From Felis catus (Eukaryota), in NCBI RefSeq assembly GCF_018350175.1, contig NC_058369.1:26662001-26726000 (forward strand): a DNA stretch of 64,000 bases, read 5' to 3'. A program made the position numbers and the translations under genes. Of this stretch, positions 39,750 through 52,462 are shown piece after piece. Each line of letters opens with the position of its first letter. The stretch's first letter is position 1. The notes below the pieces were generated by a model. The model saw nothing but the letters and a program-made list of their open reading frames with translations, made no database searches and was not told where the DNA came from.

Positions 39750-39934
39750 GGGGCACCTGGGTGGCTCAGTCGGTTAAGCCTCTGACTCTGGATTTTGGCT
39801 CAGGTCATGATCTCATGGTTTGTGGGTTCACCACATCGGGCTCTGAGCTGTGCAGCCTGCTTGGGATTCTGTCTTCCTCTCTCTCTGCCTCTTCCCCACT
39901 CACTATCTATCTCTCAAAATAAATAAAAGTAAAC
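39750..39934 (+). mobile_element. Can-SINE
   Basis: Body plus tail; TSD tttaaatatgt. Confidence 0.92.
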
Positions 39935-40168
39935 TTTAAATATGTGAATATGCAATAAATAGATATTAAACATGTAAATATGTAATAAAAGGATATTAAA
40001 ATGATAAACTGAGGACAGAAAAAAAATCAATAAAAGCAGAGTACATTTTAAAGACATTATCTGATGTCTTAGAATGTGTATCTTACATTCAGTTTCAGTA
40101 AGCTATTCCCTACTCTACCATTTGTAGCCACAAAGAACCAAACATCTAGTTATTCCCCAAATTTGGTA

Positions 40169-40235
40169 TTTTTTAATTTTTTTTTTTTTGTTTTCAATTT
40201 TTATATATATAGAGAGAGAGCTTAAGCAGGGGAGG

Positions 40236-40276
<41 letters not shown>

Positions 40277-40357
40277 GTGGATCCCAACCCTGGGATCATG
40301 ACCTGAGCCAAAATCAAGAGTCTCACACTCAACCATCTGAGCCACCCAGGTGATCCT
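40169..40357 (-). mobile_element. Can-SINE, internally deleted
   Basis: Head and (GA)n tail present; middle segment missing. Confidence 0.88.
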
Positions 40358-40441
40358 GGAACAGATTTTAATTCAGTCTCGCTGCTAGATAGTGCTAACT
40401 CTTCTCTAACTTAAAAAAAAAAACAAAAAAAAAAAACAACA

Positions 40442-40650
40442 GGGGCACCTGAGTGGCTCAGTCGGTTGAGCATCTGACTTTGGCTCAGGTCATGATCTCA
40501 CAGTTGGTGGGTTTGAGCCCCTTGTTGGGTTCTGTGCTGATAGCTTAGAGCCTGGAGCCTGCTTTGGATTCTGTGTCTCCCTCTTTCTGCCCCTCCCCCA
40601 CTCACACTCTGTCTCTTAAAAATGAATAAATGTTAAAAAAAATAAAAAAA
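40442..40650 (+). mobile_element. Can-SINE
   Basis: ggggcacctgagtggctcagtcggttgagc... full body. Confidence 0.94.
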
Positions 40651-42845
40651 CAACTCTTGTTTAATTTTCTATAATTGTTATATACAATTGGCAGTGGGAT
40701 TTCTTTGAACAAAAGACCCTCTACTAATTCATTTCCATCGTATTTCAATAATAAAAACATGTACCATCTATTTAAAACAGATTGGCCTTAAAAATAGGTT
40801 GGTTAAGCACAGAAGGTATAATTATGCATCTTTGGGCCACAATCTTTGGATCACTCTGGGATTCCATTTTGTATATGACATGGGCAGAAGTTAGGAGCTT
40901 TTGCAATAAAATATTTATTAAGCTCCTTCTATGAGGAAGGCATTTTCTAGGCACCATATAAGATACACAGGTAAGAACATGGGCACTGACCTCGGGAGGC
41001 ACAAAGTCTTAAAGGCAAAAAAAGCATAAAGCAGAGAGATAGATACCTACAAAAGTAATAATTTCATAAGGTAGAAGGCAGTAAATATCATTCCAAAAGT
41101 TTCAGATGTACCATTATGAGAATTTAGAGGGATGCATCAAAAGTTAGATGTTTGTTACATCATTTTAAAAACACTTTAAAAATAAAATTATTATAAGAAG
41201 TCTATTTTTTGCACCTGTGGGTGAGTCAGAGTACAGCCTTTTCTTCCCCCCCAGTAGTTTACTCAGGTGTAAAATTATTTCTTTTTGCTTGGCATGAGCG
41301 GTGATTACATACACAGAAATACTGATGAGCTGTGTATGGACATTCATCTCATATTTTTCCTAAGATATGCCCTGGTTGGGAGATGGGCCGAGGAGGACAG
41401 ATTTAGCTGTGTTCCCTGGTGAGCATTCTCCTGGTTGTACTGTATTTCCACGGTATTGTTTCTATGCTATTTTAAATATATGGAATAGATAAATAACTGG
41501 AGAATCTGGGCAGAGTGAAAAAGGCTTGCTTACTTTGGCTGCCCCAGAACGAATTCTGGTTTGCCCCAGATTCTGAAAGGGGAATTAGGATAAACGAGAA
41601 AGGGAAGAGATATAGGAGAATAATACTTTGATTTAAATTGGGTCGGCTTCTCTTTTAGGGAGGAAATAAATAGAGAATAAAACGTAGTAATGTATTTTCT
41701 AGGAGTGGTACACTGGCAAAACCCTATTCCTTTCTTTAGCAACACTTTGATTTACTAAAATAGATGATATACATATAGATGATATTTATTGATTTCGTAA
41801 ATGTAATACCTTTGGGCTCGACATGCTGTTTGATTAATTTTTTCTTATATAACATATGCATTTGTTATATGCATTAGAAGTTAGCTTACTACGACCTGAT
41901 TGAAAAACAACCACTCTTTCCCCTTTGGTTTATCACTCAGCTACTGAAAACCTGTACAGCAATTGAATATAATTTGTCAGAGTGGTAAGGAAATTGTCAT
42001 GCCATTTTCACATTCCAATCATCTGTTCATCTGTTTCTCAGAAGAACAAATACAAAATGCTTTTGATTTAACTTAATATATTTTTTTTAAAAGTCCCAAA
42101 TCTCTTGAACCGTTTGTCTTCCGGGCTCAGAGGCATTTGTTTGTTAAATATTCAATCACGCCCCAGTGCTGGGAACATCAATAGAGTTTGCCTGATTAAC
42201 TGTAGCACAGCATATGTACGCTGAAGATGAGAATGATTTCCCCAAGGACCCAGAACTTCCTCTGCTGAACTATGTTTCTTAAAAGGACATGCAGATGGGC
42301 ATTTGGACAATAATTTCTGGACGCACAGAATGGATTGTTATTGCTGAGCTGTAATTTTAAAAAGATAATTTTAATGACTCTTGAGGGCCACCTACTTGGA
42401 GCAGATGGGACCCAGGCTCTTTGTATCAAAACTTTAATGTTGAGTGAGTCAGGATGGAACTCTGTTTTAGCCTTTGTGAAAGTGGATGATCATATTTATT
42501 TATATTTCAATTGATTTTTTAATTCAGCCCACAGTGAAAAAACGTCTTCTATAACATTTTTAAAAGTTCTATAAAAAAACATGTCTGCAATATTCCAAAC
42601 ACATCTTTGATGGCAGTTCTGAATTTGTAATTGAGGTGGAGTCAGCAGGAGTTTTTACTTTTGTCCAATGTTTTAGTGACTAAGTGTATGAACTGACAGC
42701 ATCTTTTAGTTGGGACATTAGCGCTAGCAGCCAATAGAGATGATATAGGTATATATTTCCATTGTCACCTAAAGAGCACAATTATTTACATAGATACAGT
42801 TAAAGACATGAGTCATAACAGAGTGAGGAAAATAATTTCTTCTTG

Positions 42846-43101
42846 GGGCACCTGGCTGGCTGAGTGGGAGGAGCATGTGACTCTTGGTCTCAGGGTCATG
42901 AGTTTGAGCCACACGTTGCATGCAGAGATTATTTAAAACTAAAATCTTGGGGCACCTGGATGGCTCAGTCAGTTAAGTGTCCAACTCTTGATTTCTGCGC
43001 AGGTCAAGTTCCCATAGTTCGTGGGATGGAGCCCCATGTCAGGCTTTGCTCTGACAGCATGGAGCCTCCTTGGGATTCTCTCTCTCCTCTATCTCTGCTG
43101 C

Positions 43102-43142
<41 letters not shown>

Positions 43143-43413
43143 ATAAATAAATAAATAAAGATTTTAAAAAATTTTAAGGGGCACCTGGGTGGCTCAATTG
43201 GTTGAGTGTCCCACTCTTGGGTTTTGGCTTAGGTTGTGATCCCAAGGCTGTGGAATTGAGACCCTCATTAGGCTCCATGCTGAGTGTGGAGCCTGCCTGC
43301 GATCCTCTCTCTCTCTCTGTCCCCTCCCCCTTGCTCTTTCTCTCCTCTGCCCCTCATCCCCACTCGTGCTCTCTCTCTCTCTCCCAAATAAAAATAAATA
43401 AAATCTTAAAAAA
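42846..43413 (+). mobile_element. Three head-to-tail Can-SINEs
   Basis: Heads ggggcacctgg at about 42846, 42949 and 43178, each following the previous copy's tail. Confidence 0.92.
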
Positions 43414-44111
43414 AGATTATTATCTTCTTTGATAATAAGATTGGCCACTCAAATGTATCTTAAAGGTCTTCACTAACAACCATCCCCAAGAAGTATTTTT
43501 ACTTCAACCTCTTGAATTTTACAGAAAACTATTAAAGTAATACAGTTCTCTCTGGGTGGCAAAGATAACTGATAGTGGTAACTTATAATGCATTTTACTA
43601 ACTAGTTTATAAGGAAGTAAAACGAAAAGAAGATGTAAGTGTTTCTAACAGGTAATTAATCTGCAACATGCTTGATATTAAAAGGGGTTGGGCAAATTAT
43701 TTTTGTAAATATCTTTACCTATAGCCAATGATGCTTCACAGACAAATCATAGCAGAAGTTAGAAGGACTCTACGGGATGGGCAAACACCATCATGTGAAT
43801 ATTTGGGGAAAATGATGAGACTCCTTTAATTGTTTAAGACAGAAACATATTTTTCTATAAGTTAAGACTTCATGCTCTTTTAGCTGATAACAATTTAAAG
43901 ATTTCTTGTGGAAACTCTATCCACAATCAAATATTTACCTGCAAGATGTTTATCTTTTAGCAAAAGTGGCATAATGATATTCTAAGCGGACGAGAGTTTT
44001 ATAATGTTTTTACTTGCCTACAAAAATGAAGAACCAAGTCACAAGAACCAAGGGGCCTGTGACTTCTGCAGAGAAGAAGAGAGCTTCAAAAGATAATAAT
44101 AAAGACATATA

Positions 44112-44340
44112 GGGGCTCCTGGGTGGCTCAGTCAGGTAAGCGTCTGACTTCAGCTCAGGTCATGATTTCTCTGTTCATGAGTTTGAGCCCTGCATTGGGC
44201 TCTGTGCTGACAGCTCAGAGCTTGGAGCCTGCTTTGGATTCTGTGTCTCCCTCTCTCTCTCTGGCCCCCACCACCCCCTGCTTGTGCTCTGTCTCTCTGT
44301 CTCTCAGTCTCTCAAAGGTGAATAAATGTTAAAAAAAATT
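44112..44340 (+). mobile_element. Can-SINE
   Basis: Flanked by the approximately 24-bp duplication aaagataata(a/g)taaagacatatag. Confidence 0.95.
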
Positions 44341-47159
44341 CTAAAGATAATAGTAAAGACATATAGATGTGAACAGCCTTAAAAAGTTTCTCATGCAAAT
44401 TAACTATTAAATTTGCCTGGTAGGTTTACAGAATATGTTATGTTGTAATTCATAATATACAGGAATAAAAATGCAAGGCCATATATTCAAAATAGAGGCC
44501 TTCCATTTTTTCCCAACACATACATTGACATTTAAAAGTTTTTAAAGGCTACACAGAAATATAAGCAGCCTCAAATGGAGTAAATATTCTTTCTATTTTG
44601 TGTATGTGTGTGTGTGAGAAAGTAATTTTCTATTATGTGTGTGTGTGAGAAAGTAATTCAAATTCATTAGTTAAGTGCACAGGGGTGAATGTTTTGTAGA
44701 CGAACTCAGAAATCTAAACTATCAGGAAAAAAATACAGCAAAACAGCTTAACTGCTGAGTGTTAACAAAAAAGTACCTTGAAAGCAAAAATAATGGGAAA
44801 GCTGAGAGGGAGGACTAAAAGGGTCCTTTTACACCGTTGTTGGTGAATTTGTCCTCTGCAGCCCTCTACGGAGTTAGATGGGGAGAAGATCTGGAAGCTT
44901 CTGCTAATTTGAATTCTCTAAGTAGTCAGTCTACATAATTCATGTCCAACTATGGATAATTTTTTGGCTTAATGTTCCAATTTGGATTGTGATACAGGAC
45001 AAATTACCTGGCCTTGCAAGTATCTACTTTAGTGTGTGATACACAGCCAGAGTTTTGGGGAAAAAAATGATGGTATTTCCAAATGAAAAATTAAGTTAGG
45101 GGAGTAATAAAATATTAATATAAAGCTAACTATCTCAAGTTGTAAACCAGGCGTATACTCAAAGCCACGTTGGGAATAATGGCATAAAATACAATGTAGA
45201 GATGATAACAGTAACACGCTTTTTTTCCTTTCAGATGCTGCAATAGTGTGTAAGGAGCTTTCAAGGATAATTCACTTTACATGGTAGTCTTGATTTTATA
45301 GCTATATATTTCCATAGTGTGCTTTTCAAATAAGAAGTACAAACTCAAAATTAATTGAGTATCAGGAATATTAGTATACATGGCTGCCTAGGGAATAAAA
45401 TATATAGTACAGCAAAGACAAGAGCATATGCAAAAAAAGAAAACTTATAATTTTGAGGCTCTCACACTAATGAAGATCTCAGATGTGAATTAATGAATAG
45501 GCACTTAAATTACAAAATCAATATATCACTGAAAGCTCATTTTAATTAGCCTTTACTATTGTATATGTACTTTCCCTCTAGCTATCATAATAACACGATT
45601 TGATTTTGCTTAGTTTACATACTACTGAATATACCTAATTTCCCTTTAAAAATACTCAATGGTCTACCATCAAATAAAGTCTTTTAACTACAAGTTACAA
45701 ACCTAAAGCATAGTAAGTAATGTAATTATACTCATTTTTCCACCGTTATTTATAACATAACATTGTTTTCCTTAAGTATAATTATGTTACTCTAAGGATA
45801 TAACGTTCTCAAATAATGCAATATAGTAAGGATGCCTAAATTAACCGAACTGATTTTTCTTCAAAGACTATATGTAAATAAACATTTGAAATATATAATC
45901 CAATTTCCCATTGACTTACACAATTAATAAATGGGAGAAGTAATCCTACAGAAAAAGAAATGACCAAAAAAGCCCCAAACAAAACAATTTGATAAAGAAG
46001 GGATCATCACAAATTCTAGAACTCATTTAAATACAACCCGACATTTTTGTTGGTCATGTTTTCTATTTTAGTTTGTGTCTTGTTCTTGCCTCTAACAACA
46101 AACCCTAAAGCCTGTATAATATGACAAGGCTTCTGCTCTTCTCTCTGGCTGCCACTGTTAGCAGGCTCCCACTAAAGGTGGGCCAGGACCAGTGTTAGCA
46201 ATGAGATGGTCCGAGTATAGGCTCTAGTCGTATGCTACTGGTCATTTTGATGGTCATGGCACAGGGGTGACCAGATAGCTATGCCTCTCAGAGCTTGGGT
46301 AATGCATGATACATTTATTTTCGATTTTGTATAGTTGGTAATTAGCATATGTCTGCATAATAAACAATGAAAAATGTAAGGAGTAGCTAATAGCAAAAGA
46401 AAGCACATAAAATGATAACAAGTTAAAATATTCAGAACTAGTATTCATTTTCCCATGAAGCTCTATTGCTTCTTGTCAAGACTTTTCCTTCATACAGACA
46501 GAAGAGGTAAGTTCCTCATGTCGTGATATTTAAAGGGCAGTTTCCCATAAAACTTCTCTCAAAGTTTTCCAGGGAAGGAACTAATAATTCCCACCTGCCA
46601 TGAAATTTCCACCATTACAGGAATTCTTTTGGTTTAGGTAAGAAAGATGGTGCTGTGCACATGGGACAAGGATGGGCTATCGTGTTAATGAAATGATATT
46701 AATTAACTTATCAGACTAGCCAATTAAGACCGCAGAAGAATTGACAGCTGGGATGGAGGAGATACTAGATGCTGAAGGCAAATCTCTATTTTATAATTTT
46801 TATACCTTAACGTTATTCAGGGTGAAAGGGACAAAGACGTCCTGAGCACAATTTGATACGCTGGCATCAAATATACTATTTATGCAAAAAGGGATTTATA
46901 GTAGGTTTGTTTGGTAGGACTAATAGTTTCACCACACTCAGAAGCACATATTATAGAAAAAGGATTCCCCCATGCACTTTGCTATGGAAACTCATTAAAA
47001 GTTGCAAAACACCATAATTACTGCCTGAATACTCTCATCACATTCTCAACTGGCTCTGAAGGTAGGAGCTCTGTACCTAACCTGCATGCTACTGTCCGAA
47101 TGGGGATCCTTGAGTTATAACTTGAAAAAAAATTTTTTTTGTAAGCATACACAAAAATT

Positions 47160-47280
47160 TTTTCTAATTATAATTATATAAGCATTAAATTAAATATAAT
47201 CTAATATATTTATATTTATAAATATATTTATTATATAATTTATTAGATATAATAATTATTATGTAACTTTAATATAGAAA
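47160..47280. repeat. AT-rich low-complexity tract
   Basis: Almost entirely A/T. Confidence 0.8.
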
Positions 47281-48098
47281 TGATTTGTATAATTTCTCTA
47301 AACCATAACTTGACTGTAATCTGCTTTTAAGATAATTATTTTTCACAGAAAATATGAATGCCTATCAGAGCACAAAACTAAAGGAATTTCACAAATAAAT
47401 TCATTTTATATGGGGAAAAAGAGTTACTGGATTAAGTTTTAAGCAAATGTTTCAGAACTACTTTCCATTTGGTTTATAACGAGTTTTTTTTTTAAACTTT
47501 ATGTGAATTTACCAATTTGTAAGATATGTTTGTATTCTAAATAACCGCAAACAGAAAACCCTGGGTAAGGCAAGTCCCAGCACTAATCCATGATTCATTA
47601 TCTAGACTTTAATTGGCACAACTCTTGAAATTCTGGGACCATATGGAAAATAATGAGTCCTAATAGGTCTAAGGTGGAGAGATGGCAGGGGAGTAAGGAA
47701 GCCAGAAAACTGTCAATTCGGAATGCTTGGCCACTGCAGCACGATTCCCCCAGAGAGCCAGAACAACGTGTTCTCAATGTCTTACTGGTCTCGCCATCGT
47801 ACAACTAAACTGCGTGTTACTTCTCATTCTGTGAGGCAAAAATTAAAGCGAAAAAACAAAAACAACCCCAAAACTGGTTTCCAGAATTAAAAATGAAATT
47901 GGCTGACTGCTAATAAAAAAGGCAGCAATTTAGAGTTACCATAACAACCTGAGGCAACTGTTGACTGACACTGCAATCTGCTGCATTTTTATAAATAGCA
48001 GTTGATTTCTCCTCTTTCATTTCAACTGGTTTTAGCGCTCATTGGAGCTAATGCAACAACTGCGTTTTAAAACGACTGCACTTATCAAGCAGTGTTAC

Positions 48099-48430
48099 CT
48101 CTTCGCTGCTGTCACCGCCATAAAAATCATCCTCCGATTCAGTGTCTCTCCTTGTCACACTGGTATCCTCTTTTAGATCCAAAATAAATGGGCACCCCTC
48201 TGGGGACAGAGTTTGAGTTTTTCCATGAGGTGCTGATCGCGGTCTTGATGAAAAAGTGAAAATGTCCTTTGGAACAGCCTGGGTTTCCTCTGCCAGTTGG
48301 TCACGTTCACTTTCCTTGCTGGCTTCTAGCCACAGGTGTGAAGTGTGGCGGGAGTCATCATCCAGAAGGAGAGACTGTCTGCTGGACGCCAAATGGGAAA
48401 TGTGATCATTTTCGGGAAATATCCACTCAT
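48099..48430 (-). CDS. CFAP20DC: CFAP20DC internal coding exon E (332 nt, phase 1 to 0)
   Basis: Acceptor tgtcag|AT, donor GAG|gtaaca. Encodes (D)[21 protein letters not shown]...[14 protein letters not shown]...[12 protein letters not shown]. Confidence 0.93.
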
Positions 48431-48974
48431 CTGACATTTGAAAAAGATGACAAAAATTAGAGGAGTGTTCCAGAAGTGTTATATTAGGCAGGTGGTTAGT
48501 TCAAAATTTCTTGTGTTGAAACAGAGATTTATTAAATAATGCAGAAGTCAAGGAATGCAATCTATCCACATCCTGTAACCTGCTAAACATTTAACCCCAT
48601 AGATCAGAGCCTACAGCTATGGGCAACTCATTTGCACTTTCTCTCCATCTGAGTTGAAGTACTGGCCGGGAAATTTATAAGTCTGAAATAATTATCACCT
48701 GTCTTGCAGCAAGCTCTTTATAGCACAGCCTCATCAATTTGATATTCCGGGGGGAGGAAATCTTCCAAATTTAAAAGCGTTTGAGTAACTAATATCTTCT
48801 TTTACCTGTAGGAGGGCAGGGCATTTAACAAGTTTCTTTAAATAAAATATCTGGGCATTGTTCAGATTACAAATCATGGAGGAGAGGAAACCATGACGAG
48901 GTTAACAGGCTTTTCTTTTCCCTTTCACTGACTGAAGCGGGGGCAATTCATAGGCTAAACTGAGTAGACTTTTC

Positions 48975-49202
48975 TTTTTTTTTTTAAATTTTTTTTCAAC
49001 GTTTTTTATTTATTTTTGGGACAGAGAGAGACAGAGCATGAACGGGGGAGGGGCAGAGAGAGAGGGAGACACAGAATCGGAAACAGGCTCCAGGCTCTGA
49101 GCCATCAGCCCAGAGCCCGACGTGGGGCTCGAACCCACGGACCACGAGATCGTGACCTGGCTGAAGTCGGATGCTTAACCGACTGCGCCACCCAGGCGCC
49201 CC
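48975..49202 (-). mobile_element. Young felid Can-SINE
   Basis: Perfect 15-bp TSD ctgagtagacttttc at 48960 and 49203; CpG-rich. Confidence 0.97.
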
Positions 49203-51076
49203 CTGAGTAGACTTTTCAAGTAATAGTAAATCCACAGAAATACTTGTTAATGTGACTGGTGATTTCTGCTGGTGAAAAAGTTCTTTATGTTTAACTATAG
49301 GAGGGAATGTTTTCATACAAAAATCTTTTTGCACAACATTGTTTTTGTTAAAAATACTGAATACTACACCACTGAGATACATTTATATCAAAACTTTAAA
49401 AAATCTTTTAAAAAGTAGAGTTGATGTACAATGTCACAGTAGTTTCAGGTGTATAACATAGTTTAATCTTTTATGTAACACTGAGGTAGATTTTTATAGC
49501 TATGATCCAGGCAAATTGGAACAAATATTTACAATGAATGTTATTAAAAGCATGCTTATTTTCTTTAGAATGATGGCAGGAAAAAGTCACATTTTCTCAA
49601 CTTAGTCTATTTTCCTTAAAACTTACTTTTTTCCCTCCTACATTATGTCAATGGTGAAAATCTTACAAAAATCTGCGTTCAGCAGAACCAAAATGTGGAC
49701 ATGGTCATTTTATCCTGACTCTGGAATCTGGCTACATTTATCTTCACAAGGAAAGTAACCAAGATTTGCTGACTTGAAACTCTAAAGCCTACATCAGGAA
49801 ACCAACAAAGAAAAGACCTTTAATAAAAGTAACATTAATGGCACAAATGAAATTGTATTCAGCATAATGTATTCGCTGGTTGCATAACTTAGCACTATCA
49901 TTATATAACATAACTTGCCTGTAGAAAGAGTAACAAATGTACATTTCTTAGGGAACACCTACAAGGGACAAGGCTTTCACATTTTCTGTAGGTAAATGGC
50001 CAACAGCAGGCTGAATCTATGTCATCAGACCACATTCACAGGGGATGTGGAGACTCCTGGGTCAGTGTGCCGTGAGCAGGTGAAATAAACAGATTCACTG
50101 GGCTGTCCTTTTTGGGACAGCAAAGTCTTTCGCGTGGTGCTGAGAACATAGCACATGCTTTGTAAACTCTGTAGATGCTTTATTAATAAGTAAATGTTGA
50201 AAAAGATAAAAAAAAACCCCAATGTGTTGCATGACATACATGGATCCGTAAAGAAAATTGGAGGAAAAGATACTGGGAATCTTCATTATGCAATTAAACA
50301 ATGTGCATGACCTATTGCCAAACATATTATTAACTGTCAAAAAGTCAAAGTCAAAGGAGTGTTTTTACACCAAACGGACTCTAATTATCTCACCGCCACA
50401 TGCTTTTTTGGAATTTGTAGTTTTACCTCAAAGTATTTCCATATCAATTGTAATGAATAATTTGGTGTGTTTTCTTAGGAAAATATGTAAATTACTGTGT
50501 AATCACAATATTGCAGCAAACAAGATAAATGCAAGAATGATCACCTAAACATCTAATTAGTTTTTCTACACAGTCAGATTTATGCTAGAGACACTAATTG
50601 CGCCTAACATTTTAATGAAGGTTTCAACATTGCATAAATAAGACTGACAAACTACAAACAATTTTCATTTATTTTCCCTTTTCCCTCGCTCAGAACAATT
50701 CGCCTTTGTAAAAGTACCACACACCTGCTAGGCAAGATATGTTGATGGGCTCAATGTGCTAGACTCCAACCATCTCCATTATAAAGAGGATGGGGGACTT
50801 GTAACAATAGGTAATCTTTGGGGATGGTGATGATGTCAGGTGAAAACTTTGGAGTTTCAAACTTTCCTTCTGATGCATTGAAACTTGAACATAAAAATAC
50901 CCTTTCATCCCTCAAAGTCTGACATGCAAGTGGGGTTAAAAGGAGATTTATGAAAAATGATAGATTTTTAGCAAGCGACTGAATCACAACTTTTCAAAAT
51001 GACTGGGTTTGAAATGTTCGACATACTTAGATTTTATTCATCATTAATGATTCTGGGGTGCCATAAAGATGCCAAC

Positions 51077-51196
51077 CTGCTTGATCAGGAGACTGTGGTG
51101 CTGGAGAGCTTGGGCTCATCTCTGCTTTCTGTTGGGACACACTGTTGAGGGGGGTTGTCGCTTTATCTTCATTCCTGTTATTTCCTGAAGAACAGT
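51077..51196 (-). CDS. CFAP20DC: CFAP20DC internal coding exon D (120 nt, phase 1 to 1)
   Basis: Acceptor aataaag|AC, donor GCA G|gttggc. Encodes (D)CSSGNNRNEDKATTPLNSVSQQKAEMSPSSPAPQSPDQA. Confidence 0.85.
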
Positions 51197-52345
51197 CTTT
51201 ATTGGAATAAATATTTTCCACTATGTTATTTTTGATTTTTTAAAAAAGTTATTTTCAAAGAACACTATTAACATGGGGTACTTTTCTACATGACTATTGA
51301 AAAGCACATCAGAGGTGACAATACAGATTATATGCAGTTTTTTTTTCTTTTCCACTAGAATGTTTAAAGATGAACTCAGCTGCATTTTTGTAGCGGTTCA
51401 TCTTTAAACTCCTTGATATTTGCATGGGGGACATTTTAGATTTAAGTTTTACAATATGCAATAAAAGGAATTCCAAAACCCGTATCATTTTTAAAGGGTC
51501 CTATATTTTCCCCTTTGGTTCCACATAAAATGGAGTGTGTTCACTTTAAATTACAACTCTTGCTGAAACAGACTCTTTTAAACCAAGCTCTTTCCTTCAG
51601 CATCTTAAGAAAATGGACACAATTAATTTTTCTATCATTTTCTAAAAATAACACAAATCCTAACAAGTTGAATTTCAGCATACCCAAGAACCCTACATTT
51701 TTGAGAAATTATGGTAGCAGATGAGTACAAGACATACTCTGGGCTTGACTCAGGGTAACTACTGCATGTGCAGACAAATCTATCCTTGCATTACCTCAAA
51801 TCCAGTATTCAAAGGGATAACTATAATAGCCACCTAAATTTATCTAATGCTTTACTGGTTGCAAACAGTTGAAATTTTAACCTACATTATATCAGATGGC
51901 ATAGAGTCAAAAGGGAGAGACAGTAAATGTAAAAAAAGATGAATATGCATATCTGAAAAGGGCTCAATTTAAAAAGAAGAGATATAAATGAAACATGAAA
52001 AATTACGAGTTAAGTTCAATTTTAGGAAAGTCTGCAGGAAGAAACCTCCCCTATCAAATTTGGGCCGTTTCTAAAAAACAGTAATTTAAGCTTATTCAGC
52101 CTTTGAGAGTAGAAAGTAGGAAGTCCTTTATTTCTGCGGTACTGTCTATTTAATCCAGCAAATCTCCGTTAGGGCTCTAGAGCAATTCTTTTGCAGAAAA
52201 TTTGATTTCCATAATCCCTGTAGAAAAGATATTTATATTTTAAATGAATTGGTTCGTAATCCTTTGAAATTTACAACCTGCAGAGAGAGATTCCATTGTT
52301 CTGAATAATATACAGATATAAGATAGTATTGAATTAGGGTCGTAC

Positions 52346-52462
52346 CTCGGTGTGCCTCTGTCCTTTCTCTGTTGGTGCTTTTTAATCGTAATCTTCTCCT
52401 GTTATTATTCTTATCTGCTGATGGTTCTTGAGGGGGATGTGGGTGCATAACATGCAGATCAG
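52346..52462 (-). CDS. CFAP20DC: CFAP20DC internal coding exon C (117 nt, phase 1 to 1)
   Basis: Acceptor taccag|CT, donor CGA G|gtacga. Encodes (A)[38 protein letters not shown]. Confidence 0.9.

Noticed and set aside
44590..44660. Short local duplications (here, and at about 7072-7098 and 35971-35992)
   Set aside because: Ordinary replication-slippage duplications with no sign of function.
38134..48437. ORF-track starts and stops for 48048-48437 and 38134-38643 taken as standalone genes
   Set aside because: They are CFAP20DC exons read through into intron; the splice sites define the real boundaries.
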